Assembly (NCBI GenBank): GCA_963835065.1
Contig: CAWIEK010000044.1
Span: forward strand, 192,001-256,000
DNA: 64,000 nt
Origin: an uncultured Chthonomonadaceae bacterium
GTDB taxonomy: Bacteria; Armatimonadota; Chthonomonadetes; Chthonomonadales; Chthonomonadaceae
Direction: 5' to 3'
The notes beneath the pieces are model-generated. The model was not told the origin of the DNA and did not search any database. It was given only the letters and a program-made list of their open reading frames with translations. The position numbers and the translations under genes were made by a program. The first letter of the stretch is position 1. Each line of letters opens with the position of its first letter. Below, in pieces: positions 42,235-51,520 of the stretch.

Positions 42235-42249
42235 CGGCACAAAAATTGC
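42235..42249 (+). promoter_or_regulatory. Putative sigma54 -24/-12 promoter
   Basis: CGGCAC-AAAAA-TTGC with exact GG-N10-GC spacing. Confidence 0.55.
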
Positions 42250-42259
42250 CGCGCAGTAA

Positions 42260-42425
42260 GCCTTGCAGGGAGAAGGTTGCCCCGACGGATGAGGGTCTCC
42301 TCCCGGCTGAACAGAGGATTGAAATACGACTTGCAGGGACAAGGTGGCCGGATAAGGATAGAAGCCTCCCGGCTGAACAACATAAAAACGGCGAGGCTAT
42401 CCGGTTGGAATAGCCGCGCCGTTTT
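42260..42425 (+). ncRNA. Candidate two-repeat GGA-rich small RNA
   Basis: Two ~50-nt imperfect repeats, six GGA motifs, promoter upstream and terminator downstream, no credible ORF. Confidence 0.45.
42385..42425. terminator. Bidirectional rho-independent terminator
   Basis: AAAACGGCGAGGCTAT...ATAGCCGCGCCGTTTT. Confidence 0.75.
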
Positions 42426-42445
42426 AGCGGAAAGTAAGAAAGCCG

Positions 42446-43373
42446 TCAGGCGGCGCGCAGCGCGCCGGCGCGGAGATGCTGCTGCGCGACGGGGTTGTCC
42501 GTTTCGATTTTCAGCACTTCTGTAAACAGGCGATGCGCTTCCGTTTTTTGTCCCTGCTCCGCATACGTCAGGGCGAGGTTGAGCATGGCTTCCACGTAGC
42601 GCGGGTTAATGGCAAGGGCGTACTGGAACTCCGTGATGGCTTCCGTCGCCAGTCCCTGCGCGCTGTAGGCTATGCCTAAGTGGTTGCGTATATCGGCGTA
42701 ATTCGGGTTCAGGGTCAGCGCCTTCTGGTACTCGCTGACGGCATCCGCGTACAGGCCGCGCTTGTGGAAATCATCGCCAAGCCGGAAGTGGAACAGAATA
42801 TCGTCCACGTCGGTATGCGACACCTGCTCGAACGCCTGCAGCGCCACCCGGTATTTCCCGGCCTCATGGTACTTCAAGCCGGACAGAAACGTTTCCGTGC
42901 AAAAGCCGGGGTCGCAATCCAATGCCTGCCGGACACACGCAATGCCGCGCTCGTAATCGCCATGTTCGTAACGGAGCAGTCCTTCGAGAAAATGCGCTTT
43001 GGCAAAACCGGGATTGATTTCCAGCGCATGGCGCAAGGCGCTCAAGTGCCGCTTCCCGATCCGCCAGCGCTTTGCAGGCGACGGCGAGATGGTAATGCAG
43101 ATCGGCGTAGTGCGGATGGATGTCAAGGGCGCGCGCGAAACACTCCTGCGCCCGCGCCCAATTCCCCCGTTTCAACGCCGCATGTCCCAGATGGGCATAC
43201 GCTTCGCCGATATAAAAGGAAGCCAGTTTCGCATTGAGCGGGTCCTGCCGTATGGCCTGCGCCCGCTCAAACGCGGCAATCGCGTCCGCGTACTGCCCCT
43301 GATCGAACAGGCGTATGCCCCGGTCATAATCTTCATTGCGCGCCGTTCTGCGCATTTTCTCCAGCAAGGACAT
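42446..43373 (-). CDS. TPR repeat protein (frameshift near 43040)
   Basis: TPR repeats (ALDIHPHYAD, ALEINPGFA, ALTLNPNYAD) continue across two frames. Confidence 0.85.
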
Positions 43374-43387
43374 GGGAACCTCCAGGA

Positions 43388-43510
43388 AGTAGTCAGTAGT
43401 CAGTAGTCAGTAGTCAGTAGAACCTCGTATTTGCAAGCTGTTGCCGCTGAAAGCGCTGAGTTACGAAAGCATTGTCTACTGACTACTGACTACTGACTAC
43501 TGACTACTAC
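43388..43510. repeat. Inverted heptamer arrays (GTAGTCA)4...(CTACTGA)4
   Basis: Perfect reverse-complement arms; the right arm overlaps the ugd stop codon. Confidence 0.92.
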
Positions 43511-44817
43511 TTCAACACCGCCGTCGTGCGGCCAATGCAGTGATATTCAAAGCCCAGGCGGCGCAGCTTGAGCGGGTCGTAGATGTTGCGGCCATCGAAA
43601 AGGAGCGGGGTCTTCATCGCGGTCTTGATGCGCTCCATGTTGAGCAGCTTGAACTCGTTCCATTCCGTCACGATGACCAGCGCGTCGGCGTCTTCGGCCA
43701 CTTCGTAGGCGTTGTTGGCGTAGCAGATTTGCGGGAAGATGCGCTTGGTGTTGTCAATGGCAATCGGGTCATACGCCTGCACTTCCGCGCCTTCGGCCAG
43801 CAATGCGCCGATGATTTCGACGGATTTGGCGTCGCGCATATCGTCGGTATTGGGCTTGAAGGCCAGTCCCAAAATGCCGACGGTTTTGCCGTCAAAGCTG
43901 CCGCCCATCGCAACGCGCAGCCGGTCTATGAACCGAACGGCCTGCTCCTTGTTCACGTCAATCACGGATTGCAGCAGCTTGAACTCCACGCCCGCTTTTT
44001 CCGCCGTGCGGACAAGGGCGCTGCTGTCTTTGGGGAAGCAGGAGCCGCCGTAACCCAGCCCCGGATTGAGGAACGCGCTGCCGATGCGGCTGTCCATGCC
44101 CATGCCCTTGACCACTTGCAGCACGTCCGCGCCCACCGCGTCGCAGATGTTGGCGATGGAGTTGGCGAAGCTGATTTTGGTGGCAAGGAAGCCATTGCTG
44201 GCGTATTTAATCATTTCGGCGCTTGCCACGTCGGTAATGATCATGGGGCGCTCCAGGGGGGCGTACAATTCCAGTATCTTCATCGCCACCACTTGATTGG
44301 GAGCGCCGATCACGATGCGGTCAGGTTCCAGCGTGTCTTTGATGGCGCTGCCTTCGCGCAAAAATTCCGGGTTGCTGACCACATCGAAGTCTACGTTGCG
44401 GCGACGGTTGTTTTCGATGATCTCGCGCACCATGTTGCCCGTGCCGACGGGAACGGTGCTTTTGTTGACAATCACTTTGTAGCGGTTCAGCGAACGCGCG
44501 ACGCCCTTGGCCGCTTCCTGCACGTAGCTCATGTCGGGGTCGCCGTTCGCCATGGGCGGCGTGCCCACGCAGATAAACACCACGTCGGAGCGCTCCACGC
44601 CTTCGGCCAGATCGCCCGTGAAGAACAAGCGCTTGTCATCCACGTTGCGCTTGACCATTTCTTCCAGGCCCGGCTCATAAATGGGCATCTCGCCCCGCTC
44701 CAGCATGGCGACTTTGGCGGGATTGTTGTCCACGCACACCACTTCGTTGCCCAGGTCGGCAAACACGCAGCCCGTCACCAGGCCGACATAGCCTGTTCCA
44801 ATAACACAGATATTCAT
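43507..44817 (-). CDS. ugd: UDP-glucose 6-dehydrogenase
   Basis: GTGYVG, KSTVPVGT, SNPEFLREG, GYGGSCFPKD and AFKPNTDD. Confidence 0.96.
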   Translation of the reverse strand: MNICVIGTGYVGLVTGCVFADLGNEVVCVDNNPAKVAMLERGEMPIYEPGLEEMVKRNVDDKRLFFTGDLAEGVERSDVVFICVGTPPMANGDPDMSYVQEAAKGVARSLNRYKVIVNKSTVPVGTGNMVREIIENNRRRNVDFDVVSNPEFLREGSAIKDTLEPDRIVIGAPNQVVAMKILELYAPLERPMIITDVASAEMIKYASNGFLATKISFANSIANICDAVGADVLQVVKGMGMDSRIGSAFLNPGLGYGGSCFPKDSSALVRTAEKAGVEFKLLQSVIDVNKEQAVRFIDRLRVAMGGSFDGKTVGILGLAFKPNTDDMRDAKSVEIIGALLAEGAEVQAYDPIAIDNTKRIFPQICYANNAYEVAEDADALVIVTEWNEFKLLNMERIKTAMKTPLLFDGRNIYDPLKLRRLGFEYHCIGRTTAVLK

Positions 44818-45433
44818 AATCGCAAAATCCTCCAGGTTCTTTCACACAAGTTCTTTCACACAAGAATGGGCGCTGCAATTTTTATTGCGCCGGCAATTCC
44901 TATTGCCTCAACAGTTCTATTGCACCGGCAAAAGTCATTGCGCCTGCAAGAAGCGTCGCCCTTGCCTCAAACATTGCGGCGGAAAAATTGGCCGGACGGT
45001 CAAAACCGCGTGAAAGAAGCGCCTGATGCTGCATTATCGGCACAACTTGAAAAGGGGTTTAGACCGATTCCGGCGGGGAAAGCACATTCAAAGCACATTC
45101 ATGGAAATGCAGGAAACGTTCTCAGCATTGGAGCGGCGCGGCAGAGCAGTGGACAGAGGGCGAACCGCTGTTTGTAGATTCTACCTATTATCATTGCATA
45201 ATTCATGCCAAACCGCGTTTTCTGTGGCAATCCGGCTAATTCTAACTGATTCTACATTAGAGAACCCCGTTTTTCGGCAGTCACAGCACGTATCCGAAGG
45301 CAAAACAGGCAAACTGCGCATTGTCAAGAAGGGGAACGCGAATGTCTCGTCTGCAAATTGCCCGCGCCCTGCCCTGACGAAAACACCGGCAACAGCCTAC
45401 AATCCACAGGCAGAAGGGATAAGGAGTAAAAGC

Positions 45434-46315
45434 ATGTTCATCATTATCGGCCTTGTGGTGGTGTTTGGAAGTATTTTGCTGGGCTTTGTTATGGAAGGCG
45501 GCAAAGTGGGCGCGCTGATCCAGATAACGGAGTTTATTATCATCGGCGGGGCGGGACTGGGGAGTGTACTGATCGCCAATCCATTGTCTGCGGTCATCGG
45601 AACCCTGAAAGCCGTCATCGGGCTGCTGAAAGGCAATCCGTTTACCAAAGCGCGGTATTCGGAACTGCTGAAAATGCTGTACGACCTGTTCATGCTGGCG
45701 CGGCGGGAAGGGCTGGTGTCGCTGGATCAGCACGTGGAAAACCCGCATGAGAGTTCCTTTTTCAGCAACTATCCGCAGTTTTCCGGGCATCATCACGCGC
45801 TGAGTTTTCTCGCGGACACGATGAAAGTGATTATTACCGGGTCGGTGCAGCCGTTCGACTTGAACGACATGATGGACATTGATCTGGAAACCACGCACGA
45901 GGAAGTGATGCACCCCGCTCACATCGTCACCAGTCTGGGCGACTCTATGCCCGGCTTTGGGATCGTCGCGGCGGTGCTGGGCGTGGTTATCACGATGGGC
46001 GCGATTGGCGGGCCACCGCAGGAGATCGGGCATAAAGTCGGAGCCGCGCTTGTCGGAACCTTTATCGGGATTTTGGTGGCGTATGGCGTGTTCGCCCCGA
46101 TTGCCGCCGCGCTGACCCTGCAGGCCAACGCGGAAAAGCAGTACATGGCGTCCATCAAGTGCGCCCTGCTGTCCTTTGCGCGGGGCGACGCGCCCATGAC
46201 GGCGGTGGAATTCGCCCGCCGCAACATTGACCCGCACGTTCGCCCCACCTTCGCCGAAATGGAAGCGACCTGCAAGAACACGGGCGGCGGCAGCGCGGAG
46301 GCGAAAGCGGCTTAG
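45434..46315 (+). CDS. motA: Flagellar stator protein MotA
   Basis: EFIIIGG, ARREG, PGFGIVAAVLGVV, AALVGTF and AVEFAR. Confidence 0.93.
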   Translation: MFIIIGLVVVFGSILLGFVMEGGKVGALIQITEFIIIGGAGLGSVLIANPLSAVIGTLKAVIGLLKGNPFTKARYSELLKMLYDLFMLARREGLVSLDQHVENPHESSFFSNYPQFSGHHHALSFLADTMKVIITGSVQPFDLNDMMDIDLETTHEEVMHPAHIVTSLGDSMPGFGIVAAVLGVVITMGAIGGPPQEIGHKVGAALVGTFIGILVAYGVFAPIAAALTLQANAEKQYMASIKCALLSFARGDAPMTAVEFARRNIDPHVRPTFAEMEATCKNTGGGSAEAKAA

Positions 46316-46319
46316 AGAG

Positions 46320-46425
46320 GTTGATAGTTGATAGTTGATAGTTGATAGGGCAACACTCTGTTGTTATCTCTTTTAGAAGAGGCGAGAAGTAACGAATAAT
46401 GACTATCAACTATCAACTATCAACT
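46320..46425. repeat. Inverted heptamer arrays (GTTGATA)4...(CTATCAA)3
   Basis: Directly visible between motA and motB. Confidence 0.9.
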
Positions 46426-46443
46426 TCTCCGAAGGAGAAACCA

Positions 46444-47247
46444 ATGGCAGACGTGCCGGGATCGGATGCGCCGATCATACGCATTGTGAAGAAATCGGGC
46501 GGGGGCGGGCATCATGGCGGGGCGTGGAAAGTGGCGTATGCCGACTTTGTGACCGCGATGATGGCGTTCTTTCTGGTAATGTGGATTGTCGGGCTGGACA
46601 AGCCGATCAAGCAGGCGATTGCGGCGTATTTCCGCGACCCGTATGGCTTTATGAAAACCTCACATGGCGGCAAAAATCCCCTGAGTGGCGGCGAAGGCTT
46701 GAAGATGGAAGCGGGGAAGCCCGCGCCCGTTATACCGGGAGATGGCGGCAAGGGCGCGAACGGGACGCAGGCGGCGTTCAAGCAGACGGAAGCGGCCATT
46801 ATGAAGCAGATCGAGCAGGACCCGGAACTGCGCGGCCTCAAAGACAGCGTACAGGTGCGCCTGACGGATGAGGGACTGCGCATCGAACTGCTGGAGCGTA
46901 CCTCGTCCCTGTTCTTCGATACGGGCAGCGCGGCCTTGAAAGGGCGCAGCATCCGCCTGTTGGATGTGGTGGCGCATGAATTGGCGCGCTTGAAGAACCC
47001 GGTTGTCATCGAAGGGCATACGGACAGCCGCCCCCTGAACGGCAAAAACGGCTATTCCAACTGGGAATTATCTACCGATAGGGCAAATGCCGCCCGTCAC
47101 GCGATGGAAGAACACGGGCTTCCCGGCTCACAGGTAATTGCCGTGCGCGGGTATGCGGATCGCAAACTGCTGCACCCGGAAGACCCCACGCACTTTTCCA
47201 ACCGCCGCGTGAGCATTCTGGTGGCGTACACGAAACAGGGGCAGTGA
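46444..47247 (+). CDS. motB: Flagellar stator protein MotB
   Basis: WKVAYADFVTAMMAFF, EGHTD, NWELSTDRAN and NRRV. Confidence 0.95.
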   Translation: MADVPGSDAPIIRIVKKSGGGGHHGGAWKVAYADFVTAMMAFFLVMWIVGLDKPIKQAIAAYFRDPYGFMKTSHGGKNPLSGGEGLKMEAGKPAPVIPGDGGKGANGTQAAFKQTEAAIMKQIEQDPELRGLKDSVQVRLTDEGLRIELLERTSSLFFDTGSAALKGRSIRLLDVVAHELARLKNPVVIEGHTDSRPLNGKNGYSNWELSTDRANAARHAMEEHGLPGSQVIAVRGYADRKLLHPEDPTHFSNRRVSILVAYTKQGQ

Positions 47248-47438
47248 CCGCAAGCCAAAGCCTTTGCGCGGCGACGGCAAGAACAATAACCACGAAGAAC
47301 ACGGAGAACACGGAGGAAAAGAGAGTAGAAACCGCGAAACACACGAACTAAACGAAAGAAAGACGAAAAAGACTGCATAAGAAATGAAGGCTGCCGGAAG
47401 CAGTCAGTGTCGGTAGGTGTTCCCTGCGCGCCTCAAAG

Positions 47439-47744
47439 ATTTTCTTGCTGTCCAAAATGCGTTGATGGGGTAAATTATGTGCATCACCCTTTCAGGAGTT
47501 ATGCCCCGCATCCGCTTGATGTTAGAAGATGACAACGGCACTCCGTTGCCCGAAACCACCGAGCAAATCTATGTTCTGCAAGGTCACTGCGACACCCTCA
47601 ACAGCATTGAAGCCGCTGTGGAAACCTTTAAGAACGCTGCTTTGCCCCACGTCGAGCAGACGCTTCTGACCTAAGCGCAACAACGCTTTGTGCAAGAGCC
47701 AGTCGCGGCCTAAAACGTCAATTCTTTTTGGACAGCAAGAAAAT
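47439..47744 (+). mobile_element. Internally deleted IS / MITE-like element
   Basis: Perfect 19-bp IR ATTTTCTTGCTGTCCAAAA/TTTTGGACAGCAAGAAAAT enclosing a truncated ORF at 47501-47674. Confidence 0.65.
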
Positions 47745-48126
47745 TTTCGGCTTCATGTTGCGTGGGCGTGGCGTGATAGGAGCAACTACCCCTGCCCGGC
47801 AGCGATTGCATGCGTTCGCGGGGAGCAAGTTTTGGTAAGGACGGCTGCGCCCGAAATGCCATACTGACCGGCCATGCCAGCGTCAGCACAATCATTGCCA
47901 TCAAGCCGACGATCATTTTGTCCAGCAGCGCCGCAAGGCGCGCGGGAGACACCGACACTGGCAGTTTTTCAATCGCGCTGAAATGCGCCTGCGAACAGTT
48001 AAAAACTAATTTGTTTTCAAAATTACTTGCGGGCATGGACAACACCTTTCTATCTGTGTTGTTCCGCAAATCCCCTCGTTATCCCGCTCGTGCTATCACC
48101 GGCTTATTCATCAAGCCCCCTATTCG

Positions 48127-49068
48127 TTATTTCGTCAGGCTCCAGTGGGTGACGAAGACGCGGGAAGCGTTGGGCTTGAGCGGCAGCATCGGACCAAGCA
48201 GTTCCAGCTCCACGTACTTGTTCGGGTCGGGGTTGGTATAAATCTGCTGCGCGCAGCCGGAATCCGGGTAGGTCGCGCCCATTTCGTAATGCGCCGTAAA
48301 GGTGAACGTGCCGCCCATCGTCACGGCCTGCAATTGGCCCGTCGGGGAGTCCACGCCGATCTTGGCGCTCCGGGTCGCATGTCGTTTCAGCATTACGGCG
48401 GTATCCGTTTCGGTCAGCGATTCCGTGTCCACATCCATGCCGCTGAACGTGAAAAAGCCGTTCGGGAAACGTCCCTGCGGATTGCGCATCAAACGCGCTT
48501 CGCTGGGATTGTCAATCTGCGCCACCTGCCAGATAGACCAATCCACGTCCGCCGTTCCCGTGTTGACCAGCGTATTCGTGATGGACACGCCGCTTCCGGT
48601 TTCGTCCAGCGCGATTTCGCGGCGGAATTGAATCCCCAGCGCTTTCACGACAGGGCCGGTCAGCAGCAGATGGTGGTTGGGCAGAACCTTGATGGTTTGC
48701 GCCCCGCTGTCCAACAGGCGATCCGGCGGCCAGCCCCAGCGCTCCTGCGGCGCGGGCCACAACTTGTCGCCGCCATAGTTGATCCAATCCTTGCCGGGCG
48801 CGTTCAAATCGGTGGTTTTGCCATTGAGCGCGGTATTGTTCCACAGCGCGTTCGCGCCGCCCGCAAACCCGTAGCGCATGATACGCCCGATTTGCGGCAC
48901 GACCACAATCTCTACCGTGCCGTTGGAAAGCTGCTGCGCGCCCTTCCAGCCATTATAAACAACGGTTTTTACCGTCACCGCCGCCTGCGCCCCGCCTGGA
49001 TTTTGCATCAGCAATCCTCCCGACAACGCCCCGGTAAGCAGGAGGAAGCCCGCTCGACATGTTCCCAT
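48127..49068 (-). CDS. Secreted DUF4380/aldose-epimerase-like protein
   Basis: GRIMRY, WINYGGDKLWPAPQ and YVELELLGP. Confidence 0.75.
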   Translation of the reverse strand: MGTCRAGFLLLTGALSGGLLMQNPGGAQAAVTVKTVVYNGWKGAQQLSNGTVEIVVVPQIGRIMRYGFAGGANALWNNTALNGKTTDLNAPGKDWINYGGDKLWPAPQERWGWPPDRLLDSGAQTIKVLPNHHLLLTGPVVKALGIQFRREIALDETGSGVSITNTLVNTGTADVDWSIWQVAQIDNPSEARLMRNPQGRFPNGFFTFSGMDVDTESLTETDTAVMLKRHATRSAKIGVDSPTGQLQAVTMGGTFTFTAHYEMGATYPDSGCAQQIYTNPDPNKYVELELLGPMLPLKPNASRVFVTHWSLTK

Positions 49069-49189
49069 AGATCGCCTGTCGGCCTTTCTTATCAAAGTCT
49101 TGTCCTCTCCCGCAACAACCATTTTCATCATAGTTCGCAACGCGGTAAACATATTCCTGTATACGTCCCGGCGCAGCCGTTTTTATCCC

Positions 49190-49885
49190 TTAAACGCCCT
49201 GGCCTTTTTTCAGCGGCGACTCGGCCAGGCGTTTGTCCAGCAGGCCGGGAAAGCGTTCCAGCCACATTTGGTTGAGCGGGGAAGGGTGCGGCAAGGGGGC
49301 GAGCGTGACCGTTTTTTCCACAATCTGCCCGCCACATTCGGCTTTCAAGGTACACACAAACTCCGACTCGAACTTGTCCGGCTGTTTCCAAAAAGCATCG
49401 AACTCCTTACGATCCGCATACGGCTTGAACCAATCGAACGCTTCGGTTCCCATCGTAATAATGTAATTGCCCTTGAAATGGCAGACAAGCAACTGCGCGA
49501 TATAGGGGCGCAGGCGTTCCTTGACGCTTGTGGGATAGGCTTTGTTGCCGACGGGCTTGTAAGGAACCGTGTTCGTCAGCAGAACGTGTTCCACCGCAGC
49601 CGCAAGGCGGGCATCTTGGGCGGGCGGAGCCGTCTCGAACAAATACCGGTACACAGCCTTGCGAACGCGCTGCCCCGCATCCCCAATCAGCGGTTCGCCC
49701 TGTAAAACCTCGTGCCGTCCTAAATCACGGGCAAAAAACGCCAACTGCGCATCCAACTGTCCGCCGAACAAAATAGGCTTATGCGGGTCTTTCTTCGCTT
49801 CCGCGTACACGTCCGTATCCAGCGAAATCTCGCCCTTACGCGCTTCCGCCTCAATTAAAGCGGTCAGTTCCTCCAGCGTTGCCAT
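49190..49885 (-). CDS. Uracil-DNA glycosylase superfamily protein
   Basis: EPLIGDAG, LTNTVPYKP, ITMG and LPHPSPLN. Confidence 0.8.
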   Translation of the reverse strand: MATLEELTALIEAEARKGEISLDTDVYAEAKKDPHKPILFGGQLDAQLAFFARDLGRHEVLQGEPLIGDAGQRVRKAVYRYLFETAPPAQDARLAAAVEHVLLTNTVPYKPVGNKAYPTSVKERLRPYIAQLLVCHFKGNYIITMGTEAFDWFKPYADRKEFDAFWKQPDKFESEFVCTLKAECGGQIVEKTVTLAPLPHPSPLNQMWLERFPGLLDKRLAESPLKKGQGV

Positions 49886-50257
49886 GCCAATCTCCTTTGG
49901 GTTAGGGTTTTAAGGTTTTAGGGTTCTATGGTTCTATAGTTTTAGGGGTTATGGTAGTTGAGCGTTCGGGAATACAGCGTTGAACTCGTTGCTGTGTATA
50001 CACCCATTACGCATGTCGCACAGGATTGATACTCCTGCTGCGGGGTGAAAAGGGGAAACATGCGCCTGCTTGTATCCGTCCGACTGCAAACGCGCGCATT
50101 TAACGCCTTCAGTCCGCGCAGGCAGGATACAATGCGCAGGCAGGACATAACGAGCAGTCAGGACATAACAAGTTATGTCCCTACGTTACCACAGCCGCGA
50201 GTTTCAACTCACGGGCTTTGACGGCTTTACAGCGTATACGGATTTTCAAGAAAAGTA

Positions 50258-50617
50258 ATGGAGCGAACCATGAGAACAACGCAGCAGATGCAGGATGAGG
50301 ATATTAGCGGCGACAATCCGATGGGGCTGGAAGTCTATTCGTCGGATGGGCAGTTGATCGGGCGCATACATGGCTATGTGGATGAAGTGGCGGACGACCA
50401 GGAGGATTTTGAAGAGGGAGCCATTGACCTGACGGATCGCGCCGGGCATTTGTTGGGCGCGCGGCGCGTGGTCATAGATGGGCAGGGCTACGTCACACAG
50501 GCCGAAATCGCCGTGCCCCTAACCCAACTCACCCTCGATTACAAAGGCCGCCGCGCCACCCTGCCCCTGACGCTCGCCCAAATAGAGCAAATCCCGCACC
50601 ATCTGCCGGAGCGCTGA
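50258..50617 (+). CDS. PRC-barrel-like protein
   Basis: GLEVYSSDGQLIGRI motif. Confidence 0.65.
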   Translation: MERTMRTTQQMQDEDISGDNPMGLEVYSSDGQLIGRIHGYVDEVADDQEDFEEGAIDLTDRAGHLLGARRVVIDGQGYVTQAEIAVPLTQLTLDYKGRRATLPLTLAQIEQIPHHLPER

Positions 50618-50625
50618 CAGACGAT

Positions 50626-50878
50626 TAAACCACGGAGAACACGGAGGACACGGAGAAAGACAAGGGAGGAGAGGGAATCGCAAAGAGGCAAAGAACGCAG
50701 AGAAACAAAGAACAAGAGCAATGTATCGGAAGAACTGCGACAGGGGCTTTGCCCTGCTTTTACCACTTTGCTGCTTTGGAGGCTTTTCGTATTTCTTTTT
50801 CGTTTATTTCGCTTCTTTCGCGGTTTCCTTCTCCTCGCTTTTCCTCCTCTCCGTGCCCTCCGTGTTCTCCGTGGTTTA
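50626..50878. repeat. Purine/pyrimidine palindromic element with 22-bp perfect terminal IR
   Basis: TAAACCACGGAGAACACGGAGG and its reverse complement; overlaps the ruvC stop codon. Confidence 0.85.
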
Positions 50879-51373
50879 CTTCTGTAGTTTGGTGAGGTTG
50901 AGCATGGTGGCGGAGTGGGCATGGCAGACGGCGATGGCGAGAGCGTCCGCCGCGTCGTCGGGTTTGGGCGTTTTGTCCAGCGAAAGCAGCTGCGTAATCA
51001 TGTACTGCACCTGCTTTTTGTCCGCCGCGCCGTAGCCCACGACCGCCATTTTCACTTCCATCGGGCGATATTCCACCCAGGGCAGGCCGCGTTGCGCGGC
51101 GGCAAGCAACAGGACGCCGATTGTTCCGCCAACCGAAAGCGCCGTGTTGACATTGTTGCTGAAAAACAGTTTTTCCGTCACCAGAACGTCCGGCTCGTGA
51201 ACATCGAGCAGGCGGTTGAACTGCGTGGAAATGGCAAGATAACGATCCGGCATCGCCATTTCTTTGGCGGTCAAAATCGCCCCATGCGCAATGTAGGTGA
51301 TTTTACTGCCCTGCTTTTCCACCAGCCCGAAGCCGGTTGTCGCCGTTCCAGGGTCCATACCAAGAATAATCAT
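50876..51373 (-). CDS. ruvC: Holliday junction resolvase RuvC
   Basis: ILGMDPG, EKLFF, GYGAADKKQV and DDAADALAIA. Confidence 0.96.
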   Translation of the reverse strand: MIILGMDPGTATTGFGLVEKQGSKITYIAHGAILTAKEMAMPDRYLAISTQFNRLLDVHEPDVLVTEKLFFSNNVNTALSVGGTIGVLLLAAAQRGLPWVEYRPMEVKMAVVGYGAADKKQVQYMITQLLSLDKTPKPDDAADALAIAVCHAHSATMLNLTKLQK

Positions 51374-51520
51374 AGTAACCTTCACCACAGAGGCAAGAGA
51401 CACAGAGGGGCCACAGAGAAAAACCAAAAGAAGAGCAAACGCGCGGAGTTGGCTACGCTTTTAGATTGTATTTGCGTTTATTCGCGTTTATTCGCGGCTA
51501 ATCCTTCTCTGCTCTTCATT

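Noticed and set aside
43388..43510. Short repeats as a CRISPR array
   Set aside because: Contiguous 7-mers without unique spacers; no cas genes in the window
44835..44863. Exact tandem duplications (14-mer upstream of ugd; 13-mer at 32539-32565)
   Set aside because: Two-copy slippage-type duplications with no further support as operators
45280..45420. c-di-GMP riboswitch upstream of motA
   Set aside because: GGCAAA occurs, but the P2 GNRA stem and downstream consensus could not be built by eye; needs Infernal
45434..47247. Zorya ZorAB defence system
   Set aside because: Canonical flagellar MotA/MotB motifs, no long ZorA tail and no zorC/D/E
49898..49955. Telomere-like GGGTTA/GGTTTTA repeats
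   Set aside because: Internal and degenerate; fits the local 7/8-mer array family
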